Below, in pieces: positions 25,864-41,255 of a stretch of 64,000 nt of DNA. The stretch comes from Octopus vulgaris (taxonomy: Eukaryota). The stretch covers positions 21,514,001-21,578,000 of the forward strand of contig OX597816.1 of NCBI GenBank assembly GCA_951406725.2, read 5' to 3'. Made by a program: the position numbers and the translations under genes. The notes under the pieces were generated by a model that searched no databases, had not been told where the DNA came from, and saw only the letters and a list, made by a program, of their open reading frames with translations. Every line of letters begins with the position of its first letter. Positions within the stretch are counted from its first letter, which is position 1.

Positions 25864-26551
25864 GCACTGTGGATTCAGTCCAGCTGGGCCATGTCGTATT
25901 ATTTACCACGCCTCTCTATGCATAAACGAAAGACCGAACTAACTTCACACTGCTCGTACATGGTAAAACTCCATCATCAATTTTTCAAACCAGATTCTAG
26001 TAACGCTGCGTTAATAGTTAGTGATGTTGAAAAACGCACTGTGGATTCTGTCCAGATGGGACATATCGTATTATTTACCACGCCTCTCTAAGCATAAACG
26101 AAAGCCCGAACTAACTTCACACTGCTCGTACATGGTAAAACTCCATCACCAATTTTTCAAACCAGATTCTAGTAACGCTACGTTAATAGTTAGTGATGTT
26201 GAAAAACGCACTGTGGATTCTGTCAAGATGGGACATATCGTATTATTTACCACGCCTCTCTAAGCATAAACGAAAGCCCGAACTAACTTCACACTGCTCG
26301 TACATGGTAAAACTCCATCACCAATTTTTCAAACCAGATTCTAGTAACGCTACGTTAATAGTTAGTGATGTTGAAAAACGCACTGTATATTCTGTCCAGA
26401 TGGGACATATCGTATTATTTACCACGCCTCTCTAAGCAAAAACAAAAGACCGGCCTAACGTCATACTGCTGGTACATGATGGAATTCCATCACAAATTTT
26501 CCAAACTAGATTCAAGTAACGCTAAATTAATAGTTAGTGATGTTGAAAAAC
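25864..26551. repeat. 172-bp tandem repeat, 4 units
   Basis: Units start at 25864, 26036, 26208 and 26380; inner units nearly identical. Confidence 0.97.
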
Positions 26552-26650
26552 TCGCGAGTATCTGATTAAGAGGTGACTGGAATTTATAGTGTCATAAGCA
26601 ATTACTCCTAAATTAGTGGGTGTGAACTGTTATAAGTTCTCCGATTCAGG

Positions 26651-26698
26651 CCTCCGATTGAGCGAGAGATTAATCCTCCGATTGAGCGAGAGATTAAT
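26651..26698. repeat. Perfect 24-bp tandem duplication
   Basis: cctccgattgagcgagagattaat x2. Confidence 0.9.
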
Positions 26699-26842
26699 CT
26701 ACGCATGACAGACATATAAAGTATTATTCTCTTCTAATACAACAGTTTATTCGGCGCTTTTAGATTTTTGATACCAGAAAGTAGAAACAATATCTCTGGA
26801 TTCTCTGTCTGTCTGTCTGTCTCTCTCAGTATATATATATAT

Positions 26843-27069
26843 ATTTCTTTACTACCCACAAGGGGCTAAACACAGAGGGGACAAACAAGGACAGACATAG
26901 GTATTAAGTCGATTACATCGACCCCAGTGCGTAACTGGTACTTTATTTATCGACCCCGAAAGGATGAAAGGCAAAGTCGACCTCGGCGGAATTTGAACTC
27001 AGAACGTAGCGGCAGATGAAATACCGCTAAGCATTTCGCCCGGCGCGCTAACGTTTCTGCCAGCTCGCC
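26843..27069 (-). mobile_element. SINE family B monomer
   Basis: Matches 15909-16140. Confidence 0.9.
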
Positions 27070-28016
27070 TATTGACGGAGACCGGGTGGAAATATATCTT
27101 GATTATCTCCTGGCATTGACGAGATGTGATCAGCAGATGTGATGAAAAATCATATGCTTGAAAGAGCTCAGGGAATAAATATTAAAAGTTATACCACTAA
27201 CAAGTTTTCCGGTCAACTTTCGTTACTTTACGATTTGTTATCATTTACTCATCCACATAATTGTTCATACAAGCTTCCGTTCGCTTGTCATTGTTATTAG
27301 ATTATCTATACTGTCCTATATAACTGCATTGGTATGCTGTACACGGCATTTCATATATATATATATACATACATGTAAAGATGCATATACGCATGCACAC
27401 AACCCCATGTGTTCATACATTCATACACACATGTACATATAATAAATAATAAATTTATATATACACAAACACACACGCACGTATATATATATATATATAT
27501 TTGTGTGTGAGTATATGTGTGTGTGTGAAGAGAGATAGATAGATGTATGAGTACATATACATATACACACATACACACGCATATATATATATATATATAT
27601 ATACGTGCGTGTGTGTTTGTGTATATATAAATTTATTATTTATTATATGTACATGTGTGTATGAATGTATGAACACATGGGGTTGTGTGCATGCGTATAT
27701 GCATCTTTACATGTATGTATATATATATATATGAAATGCCGTGTACAGCATACCAATGCAGTTATATAGGACAGTATAGATAATCTAATAACAATGACAA
27801 GCGAACGGAAGCTTGTATGAACAATTATGTGGATGAGTAAATGATAACAAATCGTAAAGTAACGAAAGTTGACCGGAAAACTTGTTAGTGGTATAACTTT
27901 TAATATTTATTCCCTGAGCTCTTTCAAGCATATGATTTTTCATCACATCTGCTGATCACATCTCGTCAATGCCAGGAGATAATCAAGATATATTTCCACC
28001 CGGTCTCCGTCAATAG
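27069..28016. repeat. Long inverted repeat: 432-bp arms (27069-27500 and 27585-28016), 84-bp spacer
   Basis: Arms are reverse complements with constant register (paired positions sum to 55085), including the internal (TA)n lengths. Confidence 0.95.
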
Positions 28017-28076
28017 CGGAAGGGAGCGCCAAGTGGAAGGTATTCAGGGTATCTTTACTCTCTCTCTCTCTCTCTC

Positions 28077-28298
28077 TCTCTTTTACTCATTTACTTGTTT
28101 CAGTCATTTGACTGCGGCCATGCTGGAGCACCACGCTTAGTCGAGCAAATCGAACCCAATACTTATTCTTTGGAAGCCAAATACTTATTCTATCGGTCCT
28201 TTTCCCCGAATCGCTAGCTTACGGGGACGTAGACACACCAGATCGGTTGTCAAGCGATGTTGGGGAGGGACAATCACAGACACACAAATACAAACACA

Positions 28299-28358
<60 letters not shown>

Positions 28359-28524
28359 TAAGACGGGCTTTTTACAGTTTCCGTCTATCAAATCCACTCA
28401 CAAAGATTTGGTCAGTCCGAGGCTATAGAAGAAGATACTTGCCCAAGGTGCCACGCAGTGGGACTGAACCCGGAACCATGTGGTTGGTAAGCAAGCTACT
28501 TACTACACAGCCTCTCCTGCGCCT
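28077..28524 (-). mobile_element. SINE family A
   Basis: Reverse complement of 42-454 with expanded internal (TA)n. Confidence 0.9.
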
Positions 28525-29279
28525 TTGTAAAATATAATGAACTAATTGAAAAAGTATCAATTTAGACAAATAAATTAATAGGTAACATACAGAATAATGT
28601 ACAGTAAAAAAAACAAACTAAATTACTGTATTTGAGGGCATAAAAAATGTGTGTGCATATTAGACGAAACTCAGTTTCAGCAACGCATATTCAGAGAGTG
28701 TAAAAATGGCTTTAGTGCATGAAAGAATGTAATATAGGCTCAGCGTATTCATAGAGGACCAAGGGTGATCTTTCCTTCATTTATTCTCTTTTACTTATTT
28801 CAGTCCCTGGATTTCGACGCATTCGCGATGTATTTTATTCGAACAAATTGCCCACATCAACTTATTCTCTTTTTAAATATGGTACATATTCTATCGTTCC
28901 AAGTTTTGGAACGTAAACAAACCAACACCAGCTGTCAAGTGGTAGTAGTGGTGTGAACCGACATAGACACAGAATCACACACACGATGGGGTTCCACACA
29001 GTTTCAGTCAAATAAATTCACTGACATGGCATTGGTCGGCTCGGAGCAATAATAAAAGACGTCCCCGTAACCTGGCGGCTTCGTAAAAGAGACCGATAGA
29101 ATAAGTACAAGGCTTTCAGAAAATAAGTCCTGGAGTGGATTTGTTTGACTAAACACCTTCAAGGCAGTGCTCCAGCGTGGCCACAGTCAAATGATTGAAA
29201 CGAATGGCAGAATGAAAGACTAAAAGAATATATACATATATACGCTTGCATATGCCCACACGAACACATGCACACATAG

Positions 29280-29379
<100 letters not shown>

Positions 29380-29381
29380 TA

Positions 29382-29737
29382 GGGAGAGTTTACGAAAAAA
29401 ACAAAAGACGAAGACAAGTGGTGTACAAAACAAACAGATGTATTAGTATAACGCTCAGGAGCAGAAAAAGTCTTTTACGTTTCGAGCCTACGCTCTCCGA
29501 CAGGAAGGGACTCAGGAAAAAACAAGGAGAGAAAAAAAAATATATACGGAGAATTCACAAAAAAAAACCAAAAAACAAAAGACAAAGACAGCTGGTGTAG
29601 ACAACAAATAGATGTATTAGTTTCACGCTCGGGAAGTGAAAGAGTCTTTAACGTTTCGAGTCTACGCTCTCCCACAGAAAGGAACACAGAAAGAAACAAG
29701 GAGAGAAAATAAAGAATATGTAGTGGCTAGCGATCTA
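29382..29737 (-). mobile_element. Head-to-tail dimer of hammerhead-bearing short element (Penelope pLTR/retrozyme-like, family 1)
   Basis: Two units, each with ctgtNgga-gagc-gtag-(g/a)ctc-gaaacgt(a/t)-aaaga on the minus strand, 174 nt apart; (TA)n on both sides. Confidence 0.65.
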
Positions 29738-29808
<71 letters not shown>

Positions 29809-30369
29809 CCTATATATATATCTATCTTTCAATCTATACATATAGGTATGTCTGTATGCCTGTGTGTCGGTGGGGGAAGAGTGAGAAAGGGAGATATGAT
29901 TGGGCAAATGTACTTCATATGCTAGAATAAAATTTTGAATATAATATTTATTTTATGATATATTCAAGTAGTACATTATTCTACGTTATTCAAAAGTGTG
30001 ACATTACACTTGCTAAGGTGACTGAATAATGCTTTTTTTTCTTTTTTACATATTCAAATTCTGCGTTGCATAATGGTTTCTTGTGTCTGTTATGGAACTC
30101 TCTCATCATGTACATTTTTGGCGTTATACGTGTGGGACCAACTGTGTAAATATTCAATATTCAATGTCAGGTAAGTATAAAGCAATCACCCCTATGGACA
30201 TAATCAATAATCTTTGAAAAGCATCATTTTTTTTCTCTCCTTATAAACACTTCAAACAACGGCAAAGCAGAATCAATTTTCCGTCGAAAAGTAGAGAAGT
30301 AGTCGCTAATATTTCATAGCTAGTTTTCCAGAATAATATTACTATTCACCTATTTGCATTTGCATCATG

Positions 30370-30478
30370 CGCGCGTGTGTGTGTGTGTGTGTATATGTAT
30401 GTATGTATTACATACATACATACCTGAACATATATAAATATGCATGTGTACACTCACGCAGATATATACATAAATATG

Positions 30479-30517
<39 letters not shown>

Positions 30518-30532
30518 CACATATATGTATAC

Positions 30533-30566
<34 letters not shown>

Positions 30567-31000
30567 TTATTTGAATGTATATATACATATATATTCATAT
30601 ATATGTATACATATATATGTATACACATATATATATACATATATATATATGTATATGCATGTATATATACATATACATATATATACATATATGTATACAT
30701 ATATATATATACATATATATACACACATATATATATACATATATATATACATATATATATATACATATATATACACACATATATATATATATACATGTGT
30801 ATATATATACATATATACATATATACATATACATATATATATATATATATATACATACATATAGATATATACATATATACACAAATATAGAGATATGTAT
30901 TTAAACACATACAGATATATGATACATATGTATAGATAGATATATGGTTAGGTGCGTATACATATGCGTGTGTGTGTGTGTGTGTGCCTGTATATATATA

Positions 31001-31060
<60 letters not shown>

Positions 31061-31306
31061 TATATTTATATTTATATGCAGACGCGTATGGACACATAGA
31101 TGTACATATACACACATATATGTACATTAATATGTATATAATATGTATGTGCTTTAGGTTTTCTAATAAAAATATTCAAACCAAGCATTTTTAATTCTCT
31201 ATTTGAAGTAACCTAACCGTCTTCTTCTAAGCAGGTAGCCACAGGATTTACTTACGAATGTATGTATGTATGTATGTATGTATGTATGTGTGTATGTATG
31301 TATCTA

Positions 31307-31346
<40 letters not shown>

Positions 31347-31380
31347 TCTATCTCTATCTATCTATCTTTCTATCTCTCTG

Positions 31381-31457
<77 letters not shown>

Positions 31458-31464
31458 GTATCTA

Positions 31465-31517
<53 letters not shown>

Positions 31518-31670
31518 ATCTATCTGTCTATCTATCTATGTGTGTGTATGTATATGCATTCATACGAGATTATGCATTCATGAATATACACATACAAACA
31601 TGTTTGCGTGTGTAAATGTGCGTGATTATGTGTATGTATATGTGTGTGTGTGCGTGCGCGCGTATGTGTA
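30370..31670. repeat. (TA/CA)n, (TATG)n and (TCTA)n microsatellite complex
   Basis: Direct reading. Confidence 0.95.
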
Positions 31671-32162
31671 AGATTTTTTTCGACATACTTGGTAATTGAT
31701 ATAACGTTTTGTAGAAGCTTGTTTTGAAGTTAGGCCACGAGTTTCATAGTTGATAATTTCAAGATGTTTGAAATAAATCGCCTGATGATTTCCACTTATA
31801 ACCTATTGAACCGTTACAAGGTTTATCACAAGTGCAGCGAGTTGGAAGTAGTCCTCAAATATTAATTTGCTAATAGAAAACCCCTGGATTTTGTTAGCGA
31901 TGTGAGAGAAGCATACTACAAACTTGATGCAAAAGGAGACAGACTGTAAAAAGCCTTGCACAAGATTTGCCATTGATGATGAGCTAGTAATGTTTCAATG
32001 CTGGAGAAAAGCATAGAGAAAAAGTTAACCCTGTGAAAGATACTCTCAGAAAGTGTGTTGCCATTTCGCCTGAAAGAGAGGATGTGATAGCAATTATTTC
32101 TCTGGCAATTGCCGAAAAAGAGAGATTATGAGAGATGTTACTGAATATTGCCAAGCAAAATA

Positions 32163-32732
32163 TTGGGTAGTCCGGAAAGTTCGTGCCGATTTTTAAAGGA
32201 AAGAAAAAGGTCAATAAATTACTTGCCATTACATTTTTAATCAACCAAATATGAACCATTTTGTTGCAGAATGCGTCTCCATCTTTCCTTTAACTTGAAA
32301 ATACCCCCTTCCCAGAATTGAGGTGGTTTCATGGCAAATAATTCATCAAGGTATCTTTTTACGTCAGCCAAGGAATTGAAATTTTTACCATTAAGACTAT
32401 TCTGGAGAGACCTGAATAAGTAGACTTCAGAAGGAGCAATATCTGGTGAATATGAAGGGTGGGGCAAAACATCCCAGCCGAGCTGCAGCAAGTTTTGTCT
32501 GGTTCCCAAAGCAACAAGTGCCGAAAATGAACTTTCTTATCTTCCATTTTAAAGGGTTACAGAATTAACACAGGTTATGGTTATAGGAACATAAACCTTC
32601 CACGAAAAGATATCTTAAACTGTGCTCTAAATGGAGGTGTAATCAAATCCTATTTTATGGACTCAACTATGTTCTAAAATAAGTCGAAAGATAAGCTGCT
32701 ATAAATCGGCAGAAACTTTCCGGACAACCCAA
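32163..32732 (-). mobile_element. Non-autonomous deleted mariner (same family as 9577-10142)
   Basis: TIRs, TA duplications, same deletion junction, YSPDIAPSE motif. Confidence 0.95.
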
Positions 32733-33565
32733 TATAACTGAATATTACTGAATATTTCCTAGTAAAGAAAATTCTCTTCTCCAGGTCGCTCATATATGCA
32801 ACTGTCCTAATATTAGAACTATGTCAATAGCATTCGGGAACGAAGTAGGTTTGTCTGATCTGAACTCTGTTTCACTTACGATGTTGGTGAATTAGACGGC
32901 TGACAAGCATAAATTCTGTGTGAAGACTCTGGCTACAATGGGAAGTAGATATGCAGAAGCGCTCAGATCGAGGTTTCGATTTTTGGCTGATAATTCAGTG
33001 CATATTTGCTTATACAAACATATACAGACAAACAATTATTAAATGAAGGAATGATTCAATACATGTGTTATTTCAGTGACCTCATTTGTACTTCCATTTA
33101 CTGAAAGTTCTAGGGCGATGGGTGAGTGGTACCGAGTCCTATCCATACAAATCTACAACGAGAATAAACAGTAATCTGAGAGGTCATGGACGGAAATCCA
33201 GAAATGATATTGAATGACAACGAAGAAACTCAAGGTGATGGTAGTTATGTGTGAAGATTTAGTAATTACCATATTTATATATATATATATATATCTATTG
33301 TGGATGTTAAGTTCAATGCAGTTGTAGTGGGATAAGCTAGACTAATTTTCGTAAGAAGCCAATGGATGTATATGCAAACACATGAATTTATAAACGATCA
33401 CCTATAGAAAAGTGAATATTGTATGAATGGAAAAGTCTTTGACGTTTCCATCCTAGCTTGTTCGACAGAAATGATTGAGAGAAAAAAATGAAGAGAAACG
33501 AAAATACAAGGAAAAGATAGAAAATGCGGTTGACCAAAATGAAATGACCCATATATATTTGTTCT

Positions 33566-33621
<56 letters not shown>

Positions 33622-33622
<1 letters not shown>

Positions 33623-33810
33623 CGGGAGGCTTTATGAAAATAAACAAAAGACGAAGGCAGGTGGAATACAAACAAACAATTGTATTCGTAAGTGGCGCTC
33701 AGGAATATAAATAAAACAAGTCTTTTACGTTTCGAGCCTACGCTCTTCAACAGAAAGATACACAGAAAAGAAACACAGAAAGAAACAAGGAGAGAAAAAA
33801 ATGCGTGCAG
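33622..33810 (-). mobile_element. Hammerhead-bearing short element, family 1
   Basis: Homologous to 55045-55222 and 47140-47335; 3' end abuts (TA)n. Confidence 0.7.
33721..33758 (-). ncRNA. Minimal type-I hammerhead ribozyme-like motif (variant core)
   Basis: UCUUU-CUGUUGAA-GAGC(GUAG)GCUC-GAA-ACGU-A-AAAGA: stem I, stem II and a palindromic stem III. Confidence 0.6.
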
Positions 33811-34375
33811 AAGAGAGATTAAGCAGAATATGTACAGTGAATTTACTGTCGGGTGGGAAATATCCATCGGTTGGGATCAGTTCTCGTTCAGAGTAGAGAA
33901 GTATGAATTAAAAAACAAAGAAAGAAAATGTGATAAACAAATAATCTAAATAAAATATTATGCGTATATGCTCAGGGTCGATAAAATAAGTATCCGTTTA
34001 GCACTGGGGTCGATGTAATCGAATTACGATCTCCCTCGATATCCGCAAAAATATGTGGTCTTATGTATGGATATATATACATACAAACTTGGGTAGCGGG
34101 GAAGCATTTTGCATACACGCTTACATTATATATCTGTGCCCTGTCATCTCTACTCTGAAGAAAAACTCTATCCGAAACGTTTGACACTCTCTTCGCGGCA
34201 GTTTCCCTCTAATTTTTCAGGCCTTTCTAAAAATTAGTCTAATTTTGCCTATGGATACTCCACCACGCCATTCTTTACGGATTCTGTTTTATCAGTTAGA
34301 TAGGAAAATTGATAAATGCAAACCCACATGTATACACCCATATAGCACGCTTGTGTATATATCGTATCGTATCGT

Positions 34376-34421
<46 letters not shown>

Positions 34422-34825
34422 AGTGAGAGGTCAGTGTGAGTTAGAAAAAGAACCAGTAACAATCTCTTTGGTCAACAAAATTCTACTGAAAGTACAAATA
34501 TTTGTTCAGAGTTGTATAATGTTGCCAAAACTTAAGGAATTTTCCTTTTAATATATAGATTGAAAAACACTCTTGAGAATATAATTTTCAGTGTGAAATC
34601 TTTAAAATATCAAATGCAGTGTAGCTTCTTAATAAACTAAGAATTTGAATATTTTCAAAATAATTAAACAAGAGCCTTTGAGACATTTAACATAAATCAA
34701 TTGCCTCAAACTCTGAAAAATTCTATAAATCTCCCAAGTTTTCGTTGCTAAATTAATTTATTAGCATATTAATACGATTAACATGACTAATAATAATAAT
34801 AGTTGTAGCAGCAGTAACGATAATC

Positions 34826-34833
34826 GCGATGAC

Positions 34834-34921
<88 letters not shown>

Positions 34922-34936
34922 GTGATGGTGGTGATG

Positions 34937-34968
<32 letters not shown>

Positions 34969-35015
34969 GATGATGGTGATGATGGTGATGATGATGAGGA
35001 GGAAAATGATGATAA
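34826..35015. repeat. (GAT)n microsatellite
   Basis: Direct reading; explains poly-D/H/M ORFs. Confidence 0.95.
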
Positions 35016-35239
35016 TGATTCTTTCTACTTAAAGCCCACTCCTTAAAATTGGATGGAGGAGGCGGTTTGGTCAATTGCATCGGTCTTAGCGCTCAACTAC
35101 TACATATTTCAGCGACCGTGAAAGGACGCGAGGCAAAGGTGACCACGGCTGAATTTAAATTCAGACCGTACAGGCGGACGTAATGTCGCAAAACGCTGTT
35201 CTCCACCCCGGGCTAACGATTTAACTAGCTCTCTGCCTT

Positions 35240-35726
<487 letters not shown>

Positions 35727-35727
<1 letters not shown>

Positions 35728-36153
35728 TGAGCAAATATAAAGTTCTTGAAATAGAAATCAGCAAAATGTGGAAGCTGAAGACTAAAACAATACCTGTTGT
35801 CATAGGTGCCCTGGGAATGATAGCGAAAGGGACTGATTGCTACCTAACTCAGATACCAGGAAACCCCAAAATGGCAGAAATTCAAAAGATAATGCTCATG
35901 GCAACTGCTCATATCCTACGCAAAATACTCTCTATGTAATCCCAAGGTTTAAAACAAACTTTTTATTTCTTATTTTTTATTTTTTATTTTATTTTTATGT
36001 ATTAGACATTCACTAGTACAACACCAAAAAAAAAGGGAAAAAAGAAAAAAAAAACAAATATATGGCACAGAACTACTAACCTGTTGTCTCTTGAGGTCTC
36101 TGGGTGAGACTTGGAGCCAACTTGTACAGACATAAAGCAAAAGTCAAACATAG
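35727..36153 (+). mobile_element. RLE-type LINE 3' end in (TAA)n
   Basis: SKYKVLEIEISKMWKLKTKTIPVVIGALGMI..EIQKIMLMATAHILRKILSM* plus 3' UTR; (TAA)n on both sides. Confidence 0.85.
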
Positions 36154-36359
36154 AATAATAATAATAATAATAATAATAAATAATAATAATGATAATAATA
36201 AGGTGCCAGTTGAAGACAAACAAGATGTCGAAATAGCGTTCACTAGATGACAATGGCACTTTTCTTTTAATTTTGATTCTATATCTTCTGGGAGAGTTAC
36301 CTCAATCCTTTCTGTATTATCCAAAATGAAGTAGATTGAGAAATTTATTCTTTGAACCT

Positions 36360-37407
36360 GATGAAGACGGGTTGTATATGAAAAGAAAGAATGGTGGCAG
36401 AGGACTAATTAGTATAGACCATTGTATAAAGAGTGAAAGGAGAACGCTTGCCGAGCATTTGATAAATAGTGACCTGTAATATACCGCGAAAGATATGAAT
36501 GTAAATGCAAATGAAATGATAGGCAAGGAAGAGTTTCACCAAAGAGCTGAGGAGAAGAGAAAAGAAGACCTTATTCAAATGAGAATGCATGGACAGTTTG
36601 AAAGGAATACACAAGGCGTCAAGGATAATACAGCAACGTGTGTATGGCTTGAGCGAGGTGATTTGAAACGTACCACCTAAAGTCTGATCATTGCTGCACA
36701 AGACCAGGCTCTCGCAACCAATTCAGTGAAGTATAGCATCTATAAAACTTCTGACACCCAGAAATGCAGACTCTGTGGAAAGAGTGTGGAAGATGTGGCC
36801 CACTTGGCAAGTGGATGTGAGATCCTTGTACAAAGAGAATTCAAGCGCCGCCATGATAAAGTATGTGTGTACCTTCATTAGCTCTTATGTCGTAAATACC
36901 CATATGAAGTAACAGAGAACTGGTATGAGAATGTACCAAGTAATGTTATGCAGGAGAATGGTAAAGTAACGATACTCTGGGACTATGATTTTCAGACAAA
37001 TCGTGTAACGAACACTGTCGGCCAGATATTGCCATATTGAATAAGAGAGACAAATAATGTCAGATCATTGATGTAGCCATACCAAATGACATGAATGTTG
37101 TGAGTAAAGAGGTTGAAAAAATCACCAAGTACTCCGAATTGAAAGTGGAAATGGCAAGACTGTATGGAATGCGAGGGGGTAATGTAAAAATGGTACCAGT
37201 GGTGATTGGAGCGTTACGCTCAATTCCATTGAAAGTTCAAGACTTCTTAAGGCAACTGGAAATTCCATGCAAGATTGAGGTCTTGCAAAAGCAGCCTTAT
37301 TGGGCACAGCGCATATTTTAAGGAAATTATCTGTCTGAAGTTCTTGGTGTGATTTGACAGATAACTAAAAACTCTGGTGCATTTTTACCTACACTGTGTT
37401 ACGAAGC
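36360..37407 (+). mobile_element. RLE-type (R4/Dong-like) LINE 3' fragment
   Basis: RLYMKRKNGGRGL, MHGQF, AAQDQALATN, CRLCGKSVEDVAHLASGC, FKRRHDKV, ILWDYDFQT, RPDI..IIDVAIP, KITKYSEL, VPVVIGAL; ends in (TAA)n. Confidence 0.92.
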
Positions 37408-37452
<45 letters not shown>

Positions 37453-37472
<20 letters not shown>

Positions 37473-38700
37473 TAACAAAATACTCATAGATAATGAAATA
37501 ACTACGATCAAGCACAGAACAGAAAATTACCTAAATATAATACAAAGCGGAAATGAAGAACCAGACGTAGAAAGTAACTCTCTACGTGTCACAATTGAAA
37601 GATTGTTAACTGACCAGAACACGCAAACGTCTGAAGAAGTAAATTGTAATGAACCTGATAAAGATAGCGAGGGAAGTGGTAAATAAACAATATTTGAAGA
37701 CCACATATTTACTGAAGAACATAGAGAGTCTGTGACAGATGTAAAGAAGAAAATTCTGAATTGGTTTGCAGTTGTATGACACGCCAATGTGCATGATAGA
37801 GAACCACTTCATAAACTCTTAAATACAATCGAAAATAGCAAACAAATTATAAATGGAAACTATGTAATAAAAGTAATTATACAAGAACTAAAACCAGATC
37901 TCATTGAATTAAATGAAATTATTTAAGCAGGAGGTAAGAGAATTAAAATCAGTTGTCTGCCTCTGATGCAGCAATGAAATACAAACCTGAGAAGAATTCC
38001 AAAGTGGTAAAGTAAAAGTGAAATAGGGATTGAAATAACGAGTGGTGAAATATCAATATTGAATGAGCTAATCTGTGAAAACGATGTAAAAACCCGGAAA
38101 GGAGGAAAGATGGAGAGAAAACATAGATTCTCACCAAGAGAAGAATTGCTTTCAGCAAAAGAAACACTGCCACAAAAAGTCCAAGGAAACGCTCAAAGAA
38201 TACGAAGATTTGTGAAGAGAAACAAGCTTTTTAAAAAATTAGCTGTTCACATCCAATGCAAAAACATTCTACAGAGAAATAGAGAAGGAAAAATAGCCGT
38301 TGAAGATACTCCTCCCATGGAAGAAGTTGAAAACTTTTGGGAAATATCTGGAGTGATGAAAAGACATGCAATGAAAATACAGACTGGATTAGACACAGAG
38401 AAGTATCCTAATAGAACTTACCAGAACAAGAATAGGAATGCATCACAATAGCAGACCTAAGGATGACATTCACGAAAGCTCATAAGTGGAAATCCCCTGG
38501 TAATTATAGGGTGACAAATTTCTGGCTCGCCTCGGTCCGGTGCACACACAAATGTTACTCCAGTTATTCAATGGAATTATGAGAGATCCTACAAAAACAT
38601 CTGATTGGTTAGCAAGAGGTGTTTCTTACCTACTCCCGAAGAATAATGAAACAAAATCTCCCCAAAACTGTCGGCCCATATCATGTCTCTCTACCATATA
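37453..38700 (+). mobile_element. Upstream/RT-start portion of an RLE-type LINE ORF, decayed and 3'-truncated
   Basis: AQRIRRF, PPMEEVENFW, HKWKSPG..VTNFWL, SYLLPKNNETKSPQNCRPISCLSTIY (start of the RT domain), ending at (CATA)n. Confidence 0.8.
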
Positions 38701-38776
38701 TACATACATACATACATATATACATACATACATAGATACATACATACATACATACATACATACATACATACATACA

Positions 38777-38812
<36 letters not shown>

Positions 38813-39924
38813 TACATACATAAGGTGGCGAGCTGGCAGAAACTTTAGCGCGCCGGGGAAATTTCAAACCTGGGTTCTCATTCCTAAGGTATTTTTCGAT
38901 GTTATTAATATTCTGTCATAAAATCTTGGAAGTGACAAACTTCATAGGAAGTACTCAGGTGGCACCAGTACTTGAAAGCCCACATGCTTTTAGGAAAATG
39001 TTGCGTCTCTAAGCCAAGGGAAGGAGCCAAGCAATAACATAGATAACCCAAAGAAGAGAAAAAATAAAGATAATAGAGAGTGAAGACTATTGAAAAGTTT
39101 GCAAGACGCAACGAAACTTTTAAGAAAATAAAAATAAGAAATAAGTGGAAATTTTACCGGTGAGTGTGTTTAATTATCAGGCACAAAAAGAAAATGACTC
39201 TACGCAGACACAACAGAATATGCTTCAACGCACGAATTCACATAAAGAATCTTGCAATCCAAATCCAAAAACGAAAGATAATAGAATTATTAATTAAAAT
39301 AATGACAATAATAACAAGAACAATTTTAAATTGTTTACTAAAATTTGCTACACTTTGCAAAGCAATTTGAAGGTTTATTAGTATTTGGAAATTAGTAGCA
39401 TCTTGGAGGTTTTGGTAATCTAGCTTTACTAGAACGATGATAAATCTAAAATGAAATATATGTTTGTAGCCACAGAATTTGGTAAGAACTAGCTCGAGGT
39501 AAAATGGAAAAGCTGTTAATCCTTTGCCTTCATATGAAGTCAATTCACCGACTGACTATTGCTTAAATTAAATAAAGCTGAAAGAAAAGGTGAAGGTAAA
39601 ACAGTTTTTTGGCGGAGTAGAAATTGGTAGTGGATGGCACTGTGTTGGTTGGGGAAAAGACTAAGACTAGTCAGGACAAAAATGGTAAATGGCAGTCTAC
39701 TGAAAATACACGAAAGATTAATATATATGTGAAATTTTTCCTTCGTTTTCCTTCCTTCCTTCCTTCCTCTCGCTCTTTCCATCTCTCTCTCTCGCTTCCA
39801 CTTTATCTCAAGTTCTATTTATTTTGTTGACGTCTCTCTCATTCCCTGTCATCCATAATATATGGCAACATACATATGCTAACATGTATATTCACACATT
39901 ATTATACATCTGCTCATAGGAATG

Positions 39925-41255
<1,331 letters not shown>

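Noticed and set aside
25864-26551. 172-bp array as a CRISPR array, retrozyme or repeat protein
   Set aside because: No unique spacers and eukaryotic context; no CUGANGA/GAAA core; period not divisible by 3, with stops in each unit.
27069-28016. Inverted repeat as a Foldback/MITE transposon
   Set aside because: No TSD, no second copy in the window, and the arms consist of ordinary local sequence and microsatellite.
30082-30176. Possible exon ending at cag|gtaagt
   Set aside because: A consensus donor alone; no recognisable peptide or partner exon.
31890-33000. Coding-looking sequence flanking the mariner derivative
   Set aside because: Frequent stops and no recognisable motif; left unassigned.
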